Of a stretch of 64,000 nt of DNA, positions 38,182 to 48,150 are shown one piece after another. The notes beneath the pieces were generated by a model, which worked only from the letters and a program-made list of their open reading frames with translations, was not told where the DNA came from and did no database searches. The translations under genes were made by a program, and so were the position numbers. The DNA is from Escherichia phage vB_EcoM_SA21RB. Position 1 is the first letter of the stretch. Each line of letters starts with the position of its first letter. Location of the stretch: the sequence record OL960580; one strand, written 5' to 3'.

Positions 38182-38991
38182 ATGCTTAAAGAACAACTGA
38201 TTGCCGAAGCGCAGAAAATTGATGCTTCCGTTGCTCTTGATAGTATTTTCGAATCAGTTAATATTTCTCCGGAAGCAAAAGAAACTTTCGGCACTGTATT
38301 CGAAGCTACCGTCAAGCAGCACGCCGTTAAATTAGCTGAATCTCATATCGCTAAAATTGCTGAAAAAGCAGAAGAAGAAGTAGAAAAAAATAAAGAAGAA
38401 GCCGAAGAAAAAGCTGAGAAGAAAATCGCTGAGCAAGCTTCTAAATTCATCGACCATCTTGCGAAAGAATGGCTCGCTGAAAATAAATTAGCAGTTGATA
38501 AAGGCATCAAAGCCGAACTGTTTGAATCCATGCTTGGTGGATTAAAAGAGCTCTTTGTTGAACACAACGTTGTTGTTCCAGAAGAATCAGTTGATGTTGT
38601 AGCTGAAATGGAAGAAGAGCTGCAAGAACATAAAGAAGAATCAGCTCGTCTGTTCGAAGAACTCAATAAGCGTGACGCATATATCAATTATGTGCAGCGT
38701 GAAGTGGCATTGAGCGAAAGTACTAAAGATCTGACTGAGTCTCAAAAAGAAAAAGTCTCTGCTCTGGTCGAAGGTATGGATTATTCAGATGAATTCTCAA
38801 GTAAATTGAGTGCCATCGTAGAAATGGTGAAGAAGTCTAATAAAGATGAAAGCACTATTACTGAGGGTATAAATACTCCTGATACTGAAGCAGCCGGACT
38901 GAATTTCGTCACTGAAGCTGTAGAAGATAAAACTGCACCTGGTGCAGAAGATATTGTAAGTGTATATGCGAAAGTCGCATCTCGTTTCTAA
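38182..38991 (+). CDS. 22: prohead core scaffold protein gp22
   Basis: ORF track, 269 aa, acidic coiled-coil. Confidence 0.9.
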   Translation: MLKEQLIAEAQKIDASVALDSIFESVNISPEAKETFGTVFEATVKQHAVKLAESHIAKIAEKAEEEVEKNKEEAEEKAEKKIAEQASKFIDHLAKEWLAENKLAVDKGIKAELFESMLGGLKELFVEHNVVVPEESVDVVAEMEEELQEHKEESARLFEELNKRDAYINYVQREVALSESTKDLTESQKEKVSALVEGMDYSDEFSSKLSAIVEMVKKSNKDESTITEGINTPDTEAAGLNFVTEAVEDKTAPGAEDIVSVYAKVASRF

Positions 38992-39009
38992 TTTTAAAGG
39001 TTAACACAA

Positions 39010-40575
39010 ATGACTATCAAAACTAAAGCTGAACTTTTGAACAAATGGAAGCCATTACTGGAAGGTGAAGGTTTACCGGAAATTGCTAATAGCAAACAAG
39101 CGATTATCGCTAAAATCTTTGAAAACCAGGAAAAAGATTTCCAGACAGCTCCGGAATATAAAGACGAAAAAATTGCTCAGGCATTTGGTTCTTTCTTAAC
39201 AGAAGCTGAAATCGGTGGTGACCACGGTTACAATGCTACTAACATCGCTGCAGGTCAGACTTCTGGCGCAGTAACTCAGATTGGCCCGGCTGTTATGGGT
39301 ATGGTACGTCGTGCTATTCCTAACCTGATTGCTTTCGATATTTGCGGTGTTCAGCCGATGAGCAGCCCAACCGGTCAGGTATTCGCACTGCGCGCAGTAT
39401 ATGGTAAAGACCCAATCGCTGCCGATGCTAAAGAAGCATTCCACCCAATGTATGGTCCAGATGCAATGTTCTCTGGTCAGGGTGCTGCTAAGAAATTCCC
39501 AGCTCTGGCTGCTAGCACACAAACCGTTGTAGGTGATATCTATACTCACTTCTTCCAGGAAACTGGTACTGTGTATCTGCAAGCTTCCGCTGTAGTAACA
39601 ATCGATGCTAGTGCTACTGATGCAGCTAAATTAGATGCTGAAATTAAGAAACAAATGGAAGCTGGTGCACTGGTAGAAATCGCTGAAGGTATGGCTACTT
39701 CTATCGCTGAACTCCAGGAAGGTTTCAACGGTTCTACCGATAACCCATGGAATGAAATGGGCTTCCGTATCGATAAACAAGTTATCGAAGCTAAATCTCG
39801 TCAGCTGAAAGCTGCTTACTCTATCGAATTAGCACAAGACCTCCGCGCTGTTCACGGTATGGATGCTGATGCTGAACTGTCTGGTATTCTGGCTACCGAA
39901 ATCATGCTGGAAATCAACCGCGAAGTTGTTGATTGGATTAACTACTCAGCTCAGGTTGGTAAATCTGGTATGACCCTGACTCCGGGTTCTAAAGCTGGTG
40001 TATTTGACTTCCAGGATCCGATTGATATTCGTGGTGCTCGCTGGGCGGGTGAATCCTTTAAAGCTCTGTTGTTCCAGATTGACAAAGAAGCAGTTGAAAT
40101 TGCTCGTCAGACCGGTCGTGGTGAAGGTAACTTCATTATCGCTTCCCGTAACGTAGTTAACGTACTGGCTTCAGTTGATACTGGTATTTCTTATGCTGCA
40201 CAGGGTCTGGCTACCGGCTTTAACACTGATACTACCAAGTCAGTATTTGCTGGTGTTCTGGGTGGTAAATACCGTGTATATATCGATCAGTATGCTAAAC
40301 AGGATTATTTCACTGTAGGTTATAAAGGTCCGAACGAAATGGATGCTGGTATTTACTATGCTCCATATGTAGCTCTGACTCCGCTGCGTGGTTCCGATCC
40401 GAAGAACTTCCAACCAGTAATGGGATTCAAAACTCGTTACGGTATCGGTATCAACCCATTTGCAGAATCCGCTGCTCAGGCTCCGGCTTCTCGCATCCAG
40501 AGCGGTATGCCTTCTATTCTGAATAGCCTTGGTAAAAACGCTTACTTCCGCCGTGTATATGTTAAAGGTATCTAA
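39010..40575 (+). CDS. 23: major capsid protein gp23
   Basis: 521 aa; MTIKTKAELLNKWKPLLEGEGLPEIANSKQAIIAKIFENQ... essentially the T4 gp23 sequence. Confidence 0.97.
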   Translation: MTIKTKAELLNKWKPLLEGEGLPEIANSKQAIIAKIFENQEKDFQTAPEYKDEKIAQAFGSFLTEAEIGGDHGYNATNIAAGQTSGAVTQIGPAVMGMVRRAIPNLIAFDICGVQPMSSPTGQVFALRAVYGKDPIAADAKEAFHPMYGPDAMFSGQGAAKKFPALAASTQTVVGDIYTHFFQETGTVYLQASAVVTIDASATDAAKLDAEIKKQMEAGALVEIAEGMATSIAELQEGFNGSTDNPWNEMGFRIDKQVIEAKSRQLKAAYSIELAQDLRAVHGMDADAELSGILATEIMLEINREVVDWINYSAQVGKSGMTLTPGSKAGVFDFQDPIDIRGARWAGESFKALLFQIDKEAVEIARQTGRGEGNFIIASRNVVNVLASVDTGISYAAQGLATGFNTDTTKSVFAGVLGGKYRVYIDQYAKQDYFTVGYKGPNEMDAGIYYAPYVALTPLRGSDPKNFQPVMGFKTRYGIGINPFAESAAQAPASRIQSGMPSILNSLGKNAYFRRVYVKGI

Positions 40576-40588
40576 TCTTTGACGATTT

Positions 40589-40618
40589 AAGGGACCTTCG
40601 GGTCCCTTAGTTGTTTTT
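40589..40618 (+). terminator. strong rho-independent terminator after gene 23
   Basis: AAGGGACC-TTCG-GGTCCCTT hairpin followed by T-run. Confidence 0.7.
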
Positions 40619-40622
40619 ATGG

Positions 40623-40630
40623 TATAAATA
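40623..40630 (+). promoter_or_regulatory. T4 late promoter TATAAATA for gene 24
   Basis: Exact motif about 30 nt upstream of ATG at 40658. Confidence 0.6.
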
Positions 40631-40657
40631 AATCATATAAACCAAAAGGAAAGCGCA

Positions 40658-41941
40658 ATGGCTAAAATCAACGAACTTCTGCGCGAATCAACCACAACGA
40701 ATAGCAACTCAATCGGTCGCCCAAATCTCGTTGCTTTGACTCGCGCTACCACTAAATTAATATATTCTGACATTGTAGCAACGCAAAGAACTAATCAACC
40801 TGTTGCTGCTTTTTATGGTATCAAATACCTTAACCCAGATAACGAATTTACGTTTAAAACTGGTGCTACTTACGCTGGCGAAGCTGGATATGTAGACCGA
40901 GAACAAATCACAGAATTAACAGAAGAGTCTAAATTAACTCTCAATAAAGGCGATTTATTCAAATATAATAATATCGTTTATAAAGTATTAGAAGATACAC
41001 CATTTGCTACCATTGAAGAAAGCGATTTAGAACTAGCTCTTCAGATTGCAATTGTTCTTTTAAAGGTTCGTCTATTTTCTGACGCAGCGTCAACGAGCAA
41101 ATTTGAAAGCTCTGATAGCGAAATTGCTGATGCTAGATTCCAGATTAATAAATGGCAAACCGCAGTTAAATCTCGTAAACTTAAAACTGGCATTACAGTT
41201 GAATTAGCACAAGATTTAGAAGCAAATGGATTCGATGCTCCTAATTTCTTGGAAGATTTGCTTGCAACTGAAATGGCAGATGAAATCAATAAAGATATTC
41301 TGCAATCTTTGATTACAGTATCAAAACGCTATAAAGTTACAGGAATTACTGATACTGGATTCATTGATTTGAGTTATGCATCTGCACCTGAAGCTGGTCG
41401 TTCATTATACCGAATGGTATGTGAAATGGTTTCGCATATCCAAAAAGAATCAACTTATACTGCAACGTTCTGTGTTGCTTCAGCTCGTGCCGCTGCGATT
41501 CTTGCTGCATCAGGTTGGTTAAAACATAAACCAGAAGATGACAAATATCTTTCACAAAATGCCTACGGGTTCTTAGCTAATGGTTTACCGCTTTATTGCG
41601 ATACTAACAGCCCATTAGATTATGTAATCGTTGGTGTAGTAGAAAATATCGGTGAAAAAGAAATTGTTGGGTCAATTTTCTATGCTCCGTATACAGAAGG
41701 TCTTGACTTAGATGACCCTGAACATGTAGGTGCATTTAAAGTTGTAGTCGATCCAGAAAGTTTGCAGCCATCTATCGGTTTATTAGTTAGATATGCTTTA
41801 TCTGCAAATCCTTACACTGTAGCAAAAGATGAAAAAGAAGCAAGAATAATTGATGGTGGAGACATGGATAAAATGGCGGGTCGTTCAGATTTGTCTGTTT
41901 TATTAGGTGTTAAACTGCCAAAAATTATCGTTGATGAATAA
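40658..41941 (+). CDS. 24: capsid vertex protein gp24
   Basis: ORF track, 427 aa. Confidence 0.95.
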   Translation: MAKINELLRESTTTNSNSIGRPNLVALTRATTKLIYSDIVATQRTNQPVAAFYGIKYLNPDNEFTFKTGATYAGEAGYVDREQITELTEESKLTLNKGDLFKYNNIVYKVLEDTPFATIEESDLELALQIAIVLLKVRLFSDAASTSKFESSDSEIADARFQINKWQTAVKSRKLKTGITVELAQDLEANGFDAPNFLEDLLATEMADEINKDILQSLITVSKRYKVTGITDTGFIDLSYASAPEAGRSLYRMVCEMVSHIQKESTYTATFCVASARAAAILAASGWLKHKPEDDKYLSQNAYGFLANGLPLYCDTNSPLDYVIVGVVENIGEKEIVGSIFYAPYTEGLDLDDPEHVGAFKVVVDPESLQPSIGLLVRYALSANPYTVAKDEKEARIIDGGDMDKMAGRSDLSVLLGVKLPKIIVDE

Positions 41942-41944
41942 AAC

Positions 41945-41968
41945 AAAGGGACCGAAAGGTCCCTTTTT
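41945..41968. terminator. bidirectional rho-independent terminator between gene 24 and rnlB
   Basis: GGGACC-GAAA-GGTCCC hairpin flanked by A-run and T-run. Confidence 0.65.
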
Positions 41969-41970
41969 AT

Positions 41971-42975
41971 TTAACTTACCAATTCAATCCAAGCCGGACG
42001 AAGTACATCTTGTACCATTTTAACTAATTCCTTTTTAATCAAAGAAGGATTATCCGCTTGAGTTAGAGTAATACCTTCACGAGAAGTTTCTTCCAAAATA
42101 TCTTGAACAGTTAGTCCCATCACCTTTCCAAAATCCTTTGGACCAATTTCGCCAATTTTAGAAATAACGTTATTTACTCGGTTCAGTGTAACGTAGCAAG
42201 CTAAAATTCCCAGCAATTTATTATCAGCTTCTGACAACTCAACTTTAGCTTTAATAGGCTTATCAGACTTTTTCTTTTCGCTGAATTTAGAGTTCTTGCA
42301 TTTAATCGCTACGCGATTGCCATTAGGCATCCAAGAAGGATAACAAGGTTTTAATACATAACCTTCAGCGGTAAATACTTCGCCTTTTGCTTCGGCATTC
42401 CAAACGCATTTATTTGCATCAACTAATCCAGCGTGGTCTACCGTAAAATTATAATCCTGGACGACAGAATCTAAATCATTTGGCAATTTAATAAGTTCTT
42501 CAAATTTACCACGACCCAAAAGTGGAGCCATTTTAAATTTGAATGTATTACAGAATGATTCCATCATATAATCATCGACATAAGTCACATCACCACTTTC
42601 TGTAGTAACAATAATGTCAAATACATAAAAATCTTTATCGCCATAATCAACATTCTTCTGAATGCCAGGTCCAGCGAATTCGCCGAAAACTTGATAAGAT
42701 ACAACCGCTGAAGTTTCCATAATATCTTGTACTGCTTTAATGGAATCAGCGTAATTCTTTAGAATAATTTCATACCCAAAGAAATCTTCAGCAGGAAGAA
42801 TCGGTCCAGTACGTTTAGCACAAGTTGCTTTATCGCGTTCAATAATCAGTGAGAAATTTGTGCCATGAATCTTTTCACGAGCTACCCATTCGCCACCAGT
42901 CAATCCTAAACTGTAGAGTTTTTCAATGAATTTAGAATTGTAATGATTTTCAAGACTGCTATACTTTTTAAACAT
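41971..42975 (-). CDS. rnlB: RNA ligase 2 (RnlB)
   Basis: 334 aa; [43 protein letters not shown]... with ligase KxHG motif (KIHGTN). Confidence 0.95.
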   Translation of the reverse strand: MFKKYSSLENHYNSKFIEKLYSLGLTGGEWVAREKIHGTNFSLIIERDKATCAKRTGPILPAEDFFGYEIILKNYADSIKAVQDIMETSAVVSYQVFGEFAGPGIQKNVDYGDKDFYVFDIIVTTESGDVTYVDDYMMESFCNTFKFKMAPLLGRGKFEELIKLPNDLDSVVQDYNFTVDHAGLVDANKCVWNAEAKGEVFTAEGYVLKPCYPSWMPNGNRVAIKCKNSKFSEKKKSDKPIKAKVELSEADNKLLGILACYVTLNRVNNVISKIGEIGPKDFGKVMGLTVQDILEETSREGITLTQADNPSLIKKELVKMVQDVLRPAWIELVS

Positions 42976-42984
42976 AATTAATCC

Positions 42985-43263
42985 TCAAAATGTAATTTCT
43001 AACCAATCACCATCACGCTGATCACTATTGACTTTAAAGCTAAATCCTTCTTTTCTCAGCCAATCACCAATTTCTTCAGTAATCAATTTATCGCGAGCAG
43101 CACAATAATAACTAAAATATGTTTTACCTTGTTCAGCTGCTTTATTAGCAAGTTCCGAAAAATCTTTAATAAAACACTCTAGTTTAAACTGTTTACTTTT
43201 AAGTGCTTTTTCGCGTAATTGATTAGCAAAAGATTCATTTTCATAAAGATCATACTGTTCCAT
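42985..43263 (-). CDS. hypothetical protein (position of T4 24.2)
   Basis: ORF track. Confidence 0.55.
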   Translation of the reverse strand: MEQYDLYENESFANQLREKALKSKQFKLECFIKDFSELANKAAEQGKTYFSYYCAARDKLITEEIGDWLRKEGFSFKVNSDQRDGDWLEITF

Positions 43264-43465
43264 TTTTCACCTTTTTATTAATATGTCTTTTTCTATAGAC
43301 AACTTTTTCTCGAGTCTCAAATTTATTCTTAGCAGTCATAGCTCGAGCCCACAATACAGCCACTTCTTTCGCCTGCAAGTTCAATTCACGAGCAATTTCA
43401 ATGAATGACTTTCCAGACTCATGAAGAGTAAACACCACAACCTCAGTTCTCATAATCAATCTCAT
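43250..43465 (-). CDS. small basic protein with putative helix-turn-helix (position of T4 24.3)
   Basis: ORF track; segment SFIEIARELNLQAKEVAVLWARA resembles an HTH. Confidence 0.5.
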   Translation of the reverse strand: MRLIMRTEVVVFTLHESGKSFIEIARELNLQAKEVAVLWARAMTAKNKFETREKVVYRKRHINKKVKNGTV

Positions 43466-43532
43466 GTTATCGAGTTGATGCCATTATATACAACGTTTTC
43501 TGATTGTGTCTTGCGTGCTTTCAAAATGAAGA

Positions 43533-43548
43533 AAGGGGCCGAAGCCCC
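43533..43548 (-). terminator. rho-independent terminator after hoc
   Basis: AGGGGC-CGAA-GCCCCT hairpin followed by U-rich tract on minus strand. Confidence 0.55.
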
Positions 43549-43553
43549 TGAGA

Positions 43554-44684
43554 TTATGGATAGGTATAGATGATACCAGTTTCTAAAGCAGTTTTATGAA
43601 TGATGTATCCATTGCGCGATTCTTGAACATCAACTTCTGGATAGTCTTTCATCATCTTCTGAAGAGTGTAACGATGCAAGTAGTACTTACTATCTGGGTC
43701 GTCAGTTTTCCAATCTTTACCTTCTTCAGTCATTTTTTGGATTTCATCCATAACCCACCAACCGCACCAGATGTAAGCTGAAGTACGATGTGGAAGAGGA
43801 TGAACATAAGGCAATTCACCTTCTGGTTCCGGAGCAACTTTATCAGTTACCTGAACTTGACCTTCTGCTGTGATAGTTTTGCTATCATAATCAGTAGCGG
43901 TAACAGTTGCAGTAACTTCAATAGTTTGACTTCCAATAGATGATGTATCAACGGTGTATACATTAGTTGACCCTTCTACTGGAGAAGAATCTTTCTTCCA
44001 TGAATATTCAATTTGCGCTTCTTCTGGAGCATCAGTGACATTAGCAGTAAATGTAGCCGAAGCATCCTGCTGAACGTTAATAGAAGGAGGAGTCAATATA
44101 ACCTGTGGATTCATTGTCTTCTTATTAACTGTCAATGATACTTCATTAGAAGTAACTTCCTTTGCATCATAATCTGCCGCTGTTACTTGAGCTACGCATT
44201 TAATTCTTTTTACTCCACTTGTAGTTGGAGTATAGCTAAATGTAGCGGAAGTTGCTTCACTAACAGGAGAATCATCTACATGCCACTGATACGTAGCAGA
44301 TGCGCCTGATGGTTGAGAAGCTAAAGCAGCAGTAAATTCAACAGGAGTTCCAATCACTCCAGCAGCAGGACTATCAGGAGTTACAGCTAAGGTAGTTGTC
44401 TGTGTCTTATTTTGAACTGTGATAGTTGTAGTAGCTTCTGCTGTTTCAGCATCAGTATCTGGAACTGTGTTTGTTGCAACTACTTTAATAGTCTTTTGAC
44501 CAGCAGGTCCTTTTAATACATAATCAAAAGTTGCTGCTGATCCTTCTTGAGGAGCATTATCTACGCTCCAAGCATAGGTAATAGTTCCACCTCCAGTTTC
44601 ACCACTGGGTGTAGCAGTAAACTGCTGAGTCTGATCTATAACTCCAGTAGGTGTTTTAGGAGTTATATCAACTGTAAAAGCCAT
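43554..44684 (-). CDS. hoc: highly immunogenic outer capsid protein Hoc (Ig-like domains)
   Basis: ORF track, 376 aa; repeated Ig-like domain pattern; position as in T4. Confidence 0.9.
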   Translation of the reverse strand: MAFTVDITPKTPTGVIDQTQQFTATPSGETGGGTITYAWSVDNAPQEGSAATFDYVLKGPAGQKTIKVVATNTVPDTDAETAEATTTITVQNKTQTTTLAVTPDSPAAGVIGTPVEFTAALASQPSGASATYQWHVDDSPVSEATSATFSYTPTTSGVKRIKCVAQVTAADYDAKEVTSNEVSLTVNKKTMNPQVILTPPSINVQQDASATFTANVTDAPEEAQIEYSWKKDSSPVEGSTNVYTVDTSSIGSQTIEVTATVTATDYDSKTITAEGQVQVTDKVAPEPEGELPYVHPLPHRTSAYIWCGWWVMDEIQKMTEEGKDWKTDDPDSKYYLHRYTLQKMMKDYPEVDVQESRNGYIIHKTALETGIIYTYP

Positions 44685-44693
44685 AAGTTATCC

Positions 44694-45374
44694 TTATTTT
44701 AATGTCACGAAAGAAGAGTTGCGTGTTTCACGAATTAAAACTGATCCGTCACGGTTAATGTAATAGATTAAGCTAAATAAAGTTTGGTGTGCTGACGCGT
44801 GTTCAAAACTAGTTGGGTGAGATTTCCAATCCGGAGTTTCAGCAATCCATTGATAAATCCACCAAGGAACAGTACAGAATCCTGGATTTTTTCCAATCAG
44901 CTGAAGATTCGGACTAAAGTTTTCCGGAAGAGTAAATACAGACGGCTTTTCAGATTCAATAATCTCAGCTACGGCCTGCTCGAATTTTTCTTCAACAAAA
45001 GGAGTATCTTCAATCAAAACATCGGTATTTTCAGGAATTTTATCCTTTTCTACTACTTCAATTTTAATGTCAGATTTAACCGGAGAATCAATCAGAAGTG
45101 CTGCTTCTGGATTGACTTCTTCATCGTCATATTTTAATCCTTCTGCAGCATCAGCAGCATTAATTAAGTCTTTAATAGATAACCCATCAGTCTCTGGCAT
45201 AGGTTCACTAGCGAGCTTCTGGAGGGCTTCTTCAATATCAACAACGATATTATCAAAAGATTTATTCTTTTTGACCTTTATACCAAACTGTTCAGCATAT
45301 TCAGCTAATTTAGCTTTAGCTTCTTTATTATCATCAAGAGCCTTCAGCTCTGCAATATAATCTTTATCTATCAT
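44694..45374 (-). CDS. inh: inhibitor of prohead protease (Inh)
   Basis: ORF track, 226 aa; position between hoc and uvsW. Confidence 0.75.
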   Translation of the reverse strand: MIDKDYIAELKALDDNKEAKAKLAEYAEQFGIKVKKNKSFDNIVVDIEEALQKLASEPMPETDGLSIKDLINAADAAEGLKYDDEEVNPEAALLIDSPVKSDIKIEVVEKDKIPENTDVLIEDTPFVEEKFEQAVAEIIESEKPSVFTLPENFSPNLQLIGKNPGFCTVPWWIYQWIAETPDWKSHPTSFEHASAHQTLFSLIYYINRDGSVLIRETRNSSFVTLK

Positions 45375-45387
45375 AATATTTCCTCAG

Positions 45388-45395
45388 TATAAATA
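45388..45395 (+). promoter_or_regulatory. T4 late promoter TATAAATA for uvsW
   Basis: Exact motif about 30 nt upstream of ATG at 45425. Confidence 0.55.
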
Positions 45396-45424
45396 TAGAT
45401 ATATTTATTACATGGTATTTAGAC

Positions 45425-46936
45425 ATGACTGACATTAAAGTACATTTTTATGATTTTAGTCACGTGAGAATTGATTGTGAAGAAAGTACATTTCATGAAC
45501 TCCGTGATTTCTTTAGCTTTGAAGCTGATGGGTATCGTTTTAATCCGAAGTACAAATATGGCCACTGGGATGGACGAATCCGTCTTTTAGATTATAATCG
45601 CCTTCTTCCATTTGGTTTAGTCGGGCAAATTAAAAAGTTCTGTGATAACTTTGGCTATAAAGCCTGGATTGACCCGCAGATTAACGAAAAAGAAGAATTA
45701 TCAAGAAAAGATTTTGATGAATGGCTTTCTAAATTAGAAATCTATTCAGGAAATAAAAGAATTGAACCGCACTGGTATCAAAAAGATGCAGTGTTCGAAG
45801 GATTAGTTAATCGTCGTAGAATTCTTAATCTTCCAACATCCGCAGGTAAATCCTTAATTCAAGCTTTGCTTGCACGTTATTATTTGGAAAATTATGAAGG
45901 TAAAATTCTTATCATTGTTCCAACAACTGCTCTGACAACTCAGATGGCTGATGACTTTGTTGACTATCGTTTATTCAGTCATGCAATGATAAAGAAAATC
46001 GGTGGTGGAGCATCAAAAGATGATAAATATAAAAATGATGCACCGGTCGTTGTTGGTACATGGCAAACTGTAGTAAAACAACCGAAAGAATGGTTCTCAC
46101 AGTTTGGAATGATGATGAATGATGAATGCCATCTTGCTACAGGAAAAAGTATTTCATCTATCATATCAGGTTTAAATAACTGTATGTTTAAATTTGGTTT
46201 GTCCGGTTCATTGCGCGATGGCAAAGCTAATATCATGCAGTATGTTGGAATGTTTGGTGAAATATTTAAGCCAGTAACGACTTCTAAATTAATGGAAGAT
46301 GGACAAGTAACTGAGCTAAAAATTAATAGTATTTTTCTTCGCTATCCTGATGAGTTCACTACTAAATTAAAGGGAAAAACTTACCAAGAAGAAATAAAAA
46401 TTATTACTGGGCTCAGTAAAAGAAATAAATGGATCGCTAAATTAGCTATTAAACTTGCACAAAAAGATGAAAACGCTTTTGTCATGTTTAAACACGTATC
46501 GCACGGTAAAGCTATTTTCGATTTAATTAAAAATGAATACGATAAAGTTTATTACGTATCAGGGGAAGTTGATACCGAAACCCGCAATATAATGAAAACC
46601 TTAGCTGAAAATGGTAAAGGAATAATTATAGTAGCTAGTTATGGTGTATTTTCTACTGGTATTTCAGTTAAAAATCTGCATCACGTTGTTTTAGCGCACG
46701 GTGTTAAATCTAAAATTATTGTATTGCAAACAATCGGTCGTGTATTACGTAAGCATGGTTCTAAGACAATAGCAACCGTCTGGGACCTCATAGATGATTG
46801 TGGCGTTAAGCCAAAATCTGCTAATACGAAAAAGAAATATGTTCATTTGAACTATCTTTTAAAACACGGCATTGATCGTATTCAGCGCTACGCAGATGAA
46901 AAATTTAATTACGTAATGAAAACAGTTAATTTATAA
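45425..46936 (+). CDS. uvsW: UvsW recombination/repair helicase (SF2)
   Basis: ORF track, 503 aa; helicase motifs TSAGKS and DECH. Confidence 0.95.
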   Translation: MTDIKVHFYDFSHVRIDCEESTFHELRDFFSFEADGYRFNPKYKYGHWDGRIRLLDYNRLLPFGLVGQIKKFCDNFGYKAWIDPQINEKEELSRKDFDEWLSKLEIYSGNKRIEPHWYQKDAVFEGLVNRRRILNLPTSAGKSLIQALLARYYLENYEGKILIIVPTTALTTQMADDFVDYRLFSHAMIKKIGGGASKDDKYKNDAPVVVGTWQTVVKQPKEWFSQFGMMMNDECHLATGKSISSIISGLNNCMFKFGLSGSLRDGKANIMQYVGMFGEIFKPVTTSKLMEDGQVTELKINSIFLRYPDEFTTKLKGKTYQEEIKIITGLSKRNKWIAKLAIKLAQKDENAFVMFKHVSHGKAIFDLIKNEYDKVYYVSGEVDTETRNIMKTLAENGKGIIIVASYGVFSTGISVKNLHHVVLAHGVKSKIIVLQTIGRVLRKHGSKTIATVWDLIDDCGVKPKSANTKKKYVHLNYLLKHGIDRIQRYADEKFNYVMKTVNL

Positions 46937-46961
46937 GGGCTTCGGCCCTTTGGAGAAAAAG

Positions 46962-47192
46962 ATGTTACTAGAATTTAAACAATTTCTTTATGAAGCTTCT
47001 ATTGATGAATTTATGGGTAAAATTGCCTCTTGCCAAACATTAGAAGGTCTAGAAGAACTTGAAGCTTATTATAAGAAAAGAGTTAAAGAAACTGAATTAA
47101 AAGATACTGATGACATCTCTGTGAGAGATGCTTTGGCAGGAAAAAGAGCTGAATTAGAAGATTCAGACGATGAAGTAGAAGAAAGCTTTTAA
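46962..47192 (+). CDS. uvsW.1: UvsW.1 small acidic protein
   Basis: ORF track (46950..47192); start set to MLLEFKQFLYE giving 76 aa, immediately downstream of uvsW. Confidence 0.8.
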   Translation: MLLEFKQFLYEASIDEFMGKIASCQTLEGLEELEAYYKKRVKETELKDTDDISVRDALAGKRAELEDSDDEVEESF

Positions 47193-47248
47193 ATTAAAAA
47201 AGGCCCAACCAAAAAAGGAAGGGCCAAAACTATAGACTAAAGGTCACA

Positions 47249-47416
47249 CTATAGCAAAAGTTGTGTTTCATTTAATTGTTCTTCCGAACTTTCTGAAACT
47301 GGTAGTTCTTTAATGTAATTATAACAAGGCCCAGGATGTACAGGACCTTTGTCTGTTTCAACAACCAATGCAGAATCGATTGGAGTTTTACAGACAACAC
47401 AAATCTTATCTGACAT
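47249..47416 (-). CDS. small Cys-containing ORF (55 aa) between uvsW.1 and the uvsY-upstream ORF
   Basis: Hand-translated MSDKICVVCKTPIDSALVVETDKGPVHPGPCYNY...; below the ORF-track size cutoff; TATAAATA motif upstream. Confidence 0.4.
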   Translation of the reverse strand: MSDKICVVCKTPIDSALVVETDKGPVHPGPCYNYIKELPVSESSEEQLNETQLLL

Positions 47417-47444
47417 GATTGTCTCCTCTAAATTATATATATCT

Positions 47445-47452
47445 ATTTATAT
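47445..47452 (-). promoter_or_regulatory. T4 late promoter TATAAATA (minus strand)
   Basis: Exact reverse-complement motif upstream of the small ORF at 47416. Confidence 0.45.
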
Positions 47453-47671
47453 AACTCTCATATGCATATCAATGCCCATATCTTTAGAATAAAAATATTC
47501 ATCAAGATATCCGGCAAATTTTCCTTTAACATAAAGTACATCTTCACCGCATGGATGGTCGGCCAGGATACGAATATCCTGACGCTTGAGATTATACTTT
47601 TTCATTAAGAATTGAATTTCCGTTTCGAATTCTTCTTCATAATTAAAAGCATCATCAATGCTATATCTCAT
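47447..47671 (-). CDS. hypothetical protein (position of T4 uvsY.-2)
   Basis: ORF track; start overlaps uvsY stop. Confidence 0.6.
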   Translation of the reverse strand: MRYSIDDAFNYEEEFETEIQFLMKKYNLKRQDIRILADHPCGEDVLYVKGKFAGYLDEYFYSKDMGIDMHMRVI

Positions 47672-48084
47672 TATTTTCCAGCCTCAAATGCTCGCATGTC
47701 TTGAATATGCTTAATAGCAAATCCACGTGATTTTATAGCATCAAGAGCTCCGCTACAGAAATCTAATAAAATTCCCCAATATTGTAATGAAGTATCAACT
47801 TTTAAAACATCCTTATCAGCTGATAAAACTGTCTTCATTTCTGATTTCTCATAACGGTCCATACTAAATTCATCACCATCTCCTCGTCCCGAGTAGTAGT
47901 CTAATTTAGCTTTAAGAGCAACTTTTTTCTGTGCGTCAATTCTAAGCATTTCCTTTTTAATACTTGAATGCTTATTGAGCCATTTACTATATAACATCAC
48001 ATTATTAGCTGCTTCATACTGTAATTTAGTCGAATCTATAAACACATCTTTCTTCAATTCTTCTTGAAGATCTTCTAATTTCAT
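47671..48084 (-). CDS. uvsY: UvsY recombination mediator protein
   Basis: ORF track, 137 aa; position between gene 25 and uvsW. Confidence 0.9.
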   Translation of the reverse strand: MKLEDLQEELKKDVFIDSTKLQYEAANNVMLYSKWLNKHSSIKKEMLRIDAQKKVALKAKLDYYSGRGDGDEFSMDRYEKSEMKTVLSADKDVLKVDTSLQYWGILLDFCSGALDAIKSRGFAIKHIQDMRAFEAGK

Positions 48085-48150
48085 ATTGTTCTCTATTCAA
48101 TTGTTATTGGATGGACTTAGATTCATTATACCACGTTTATACGTGAAGCA

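Noticed and set aside
38343-38687. 114-aa minus-strand ORF inside gene 22
   Set aside because: Antisense to the conserved scaffold gene; low-complexity Ser/Ala composition and no start signals.
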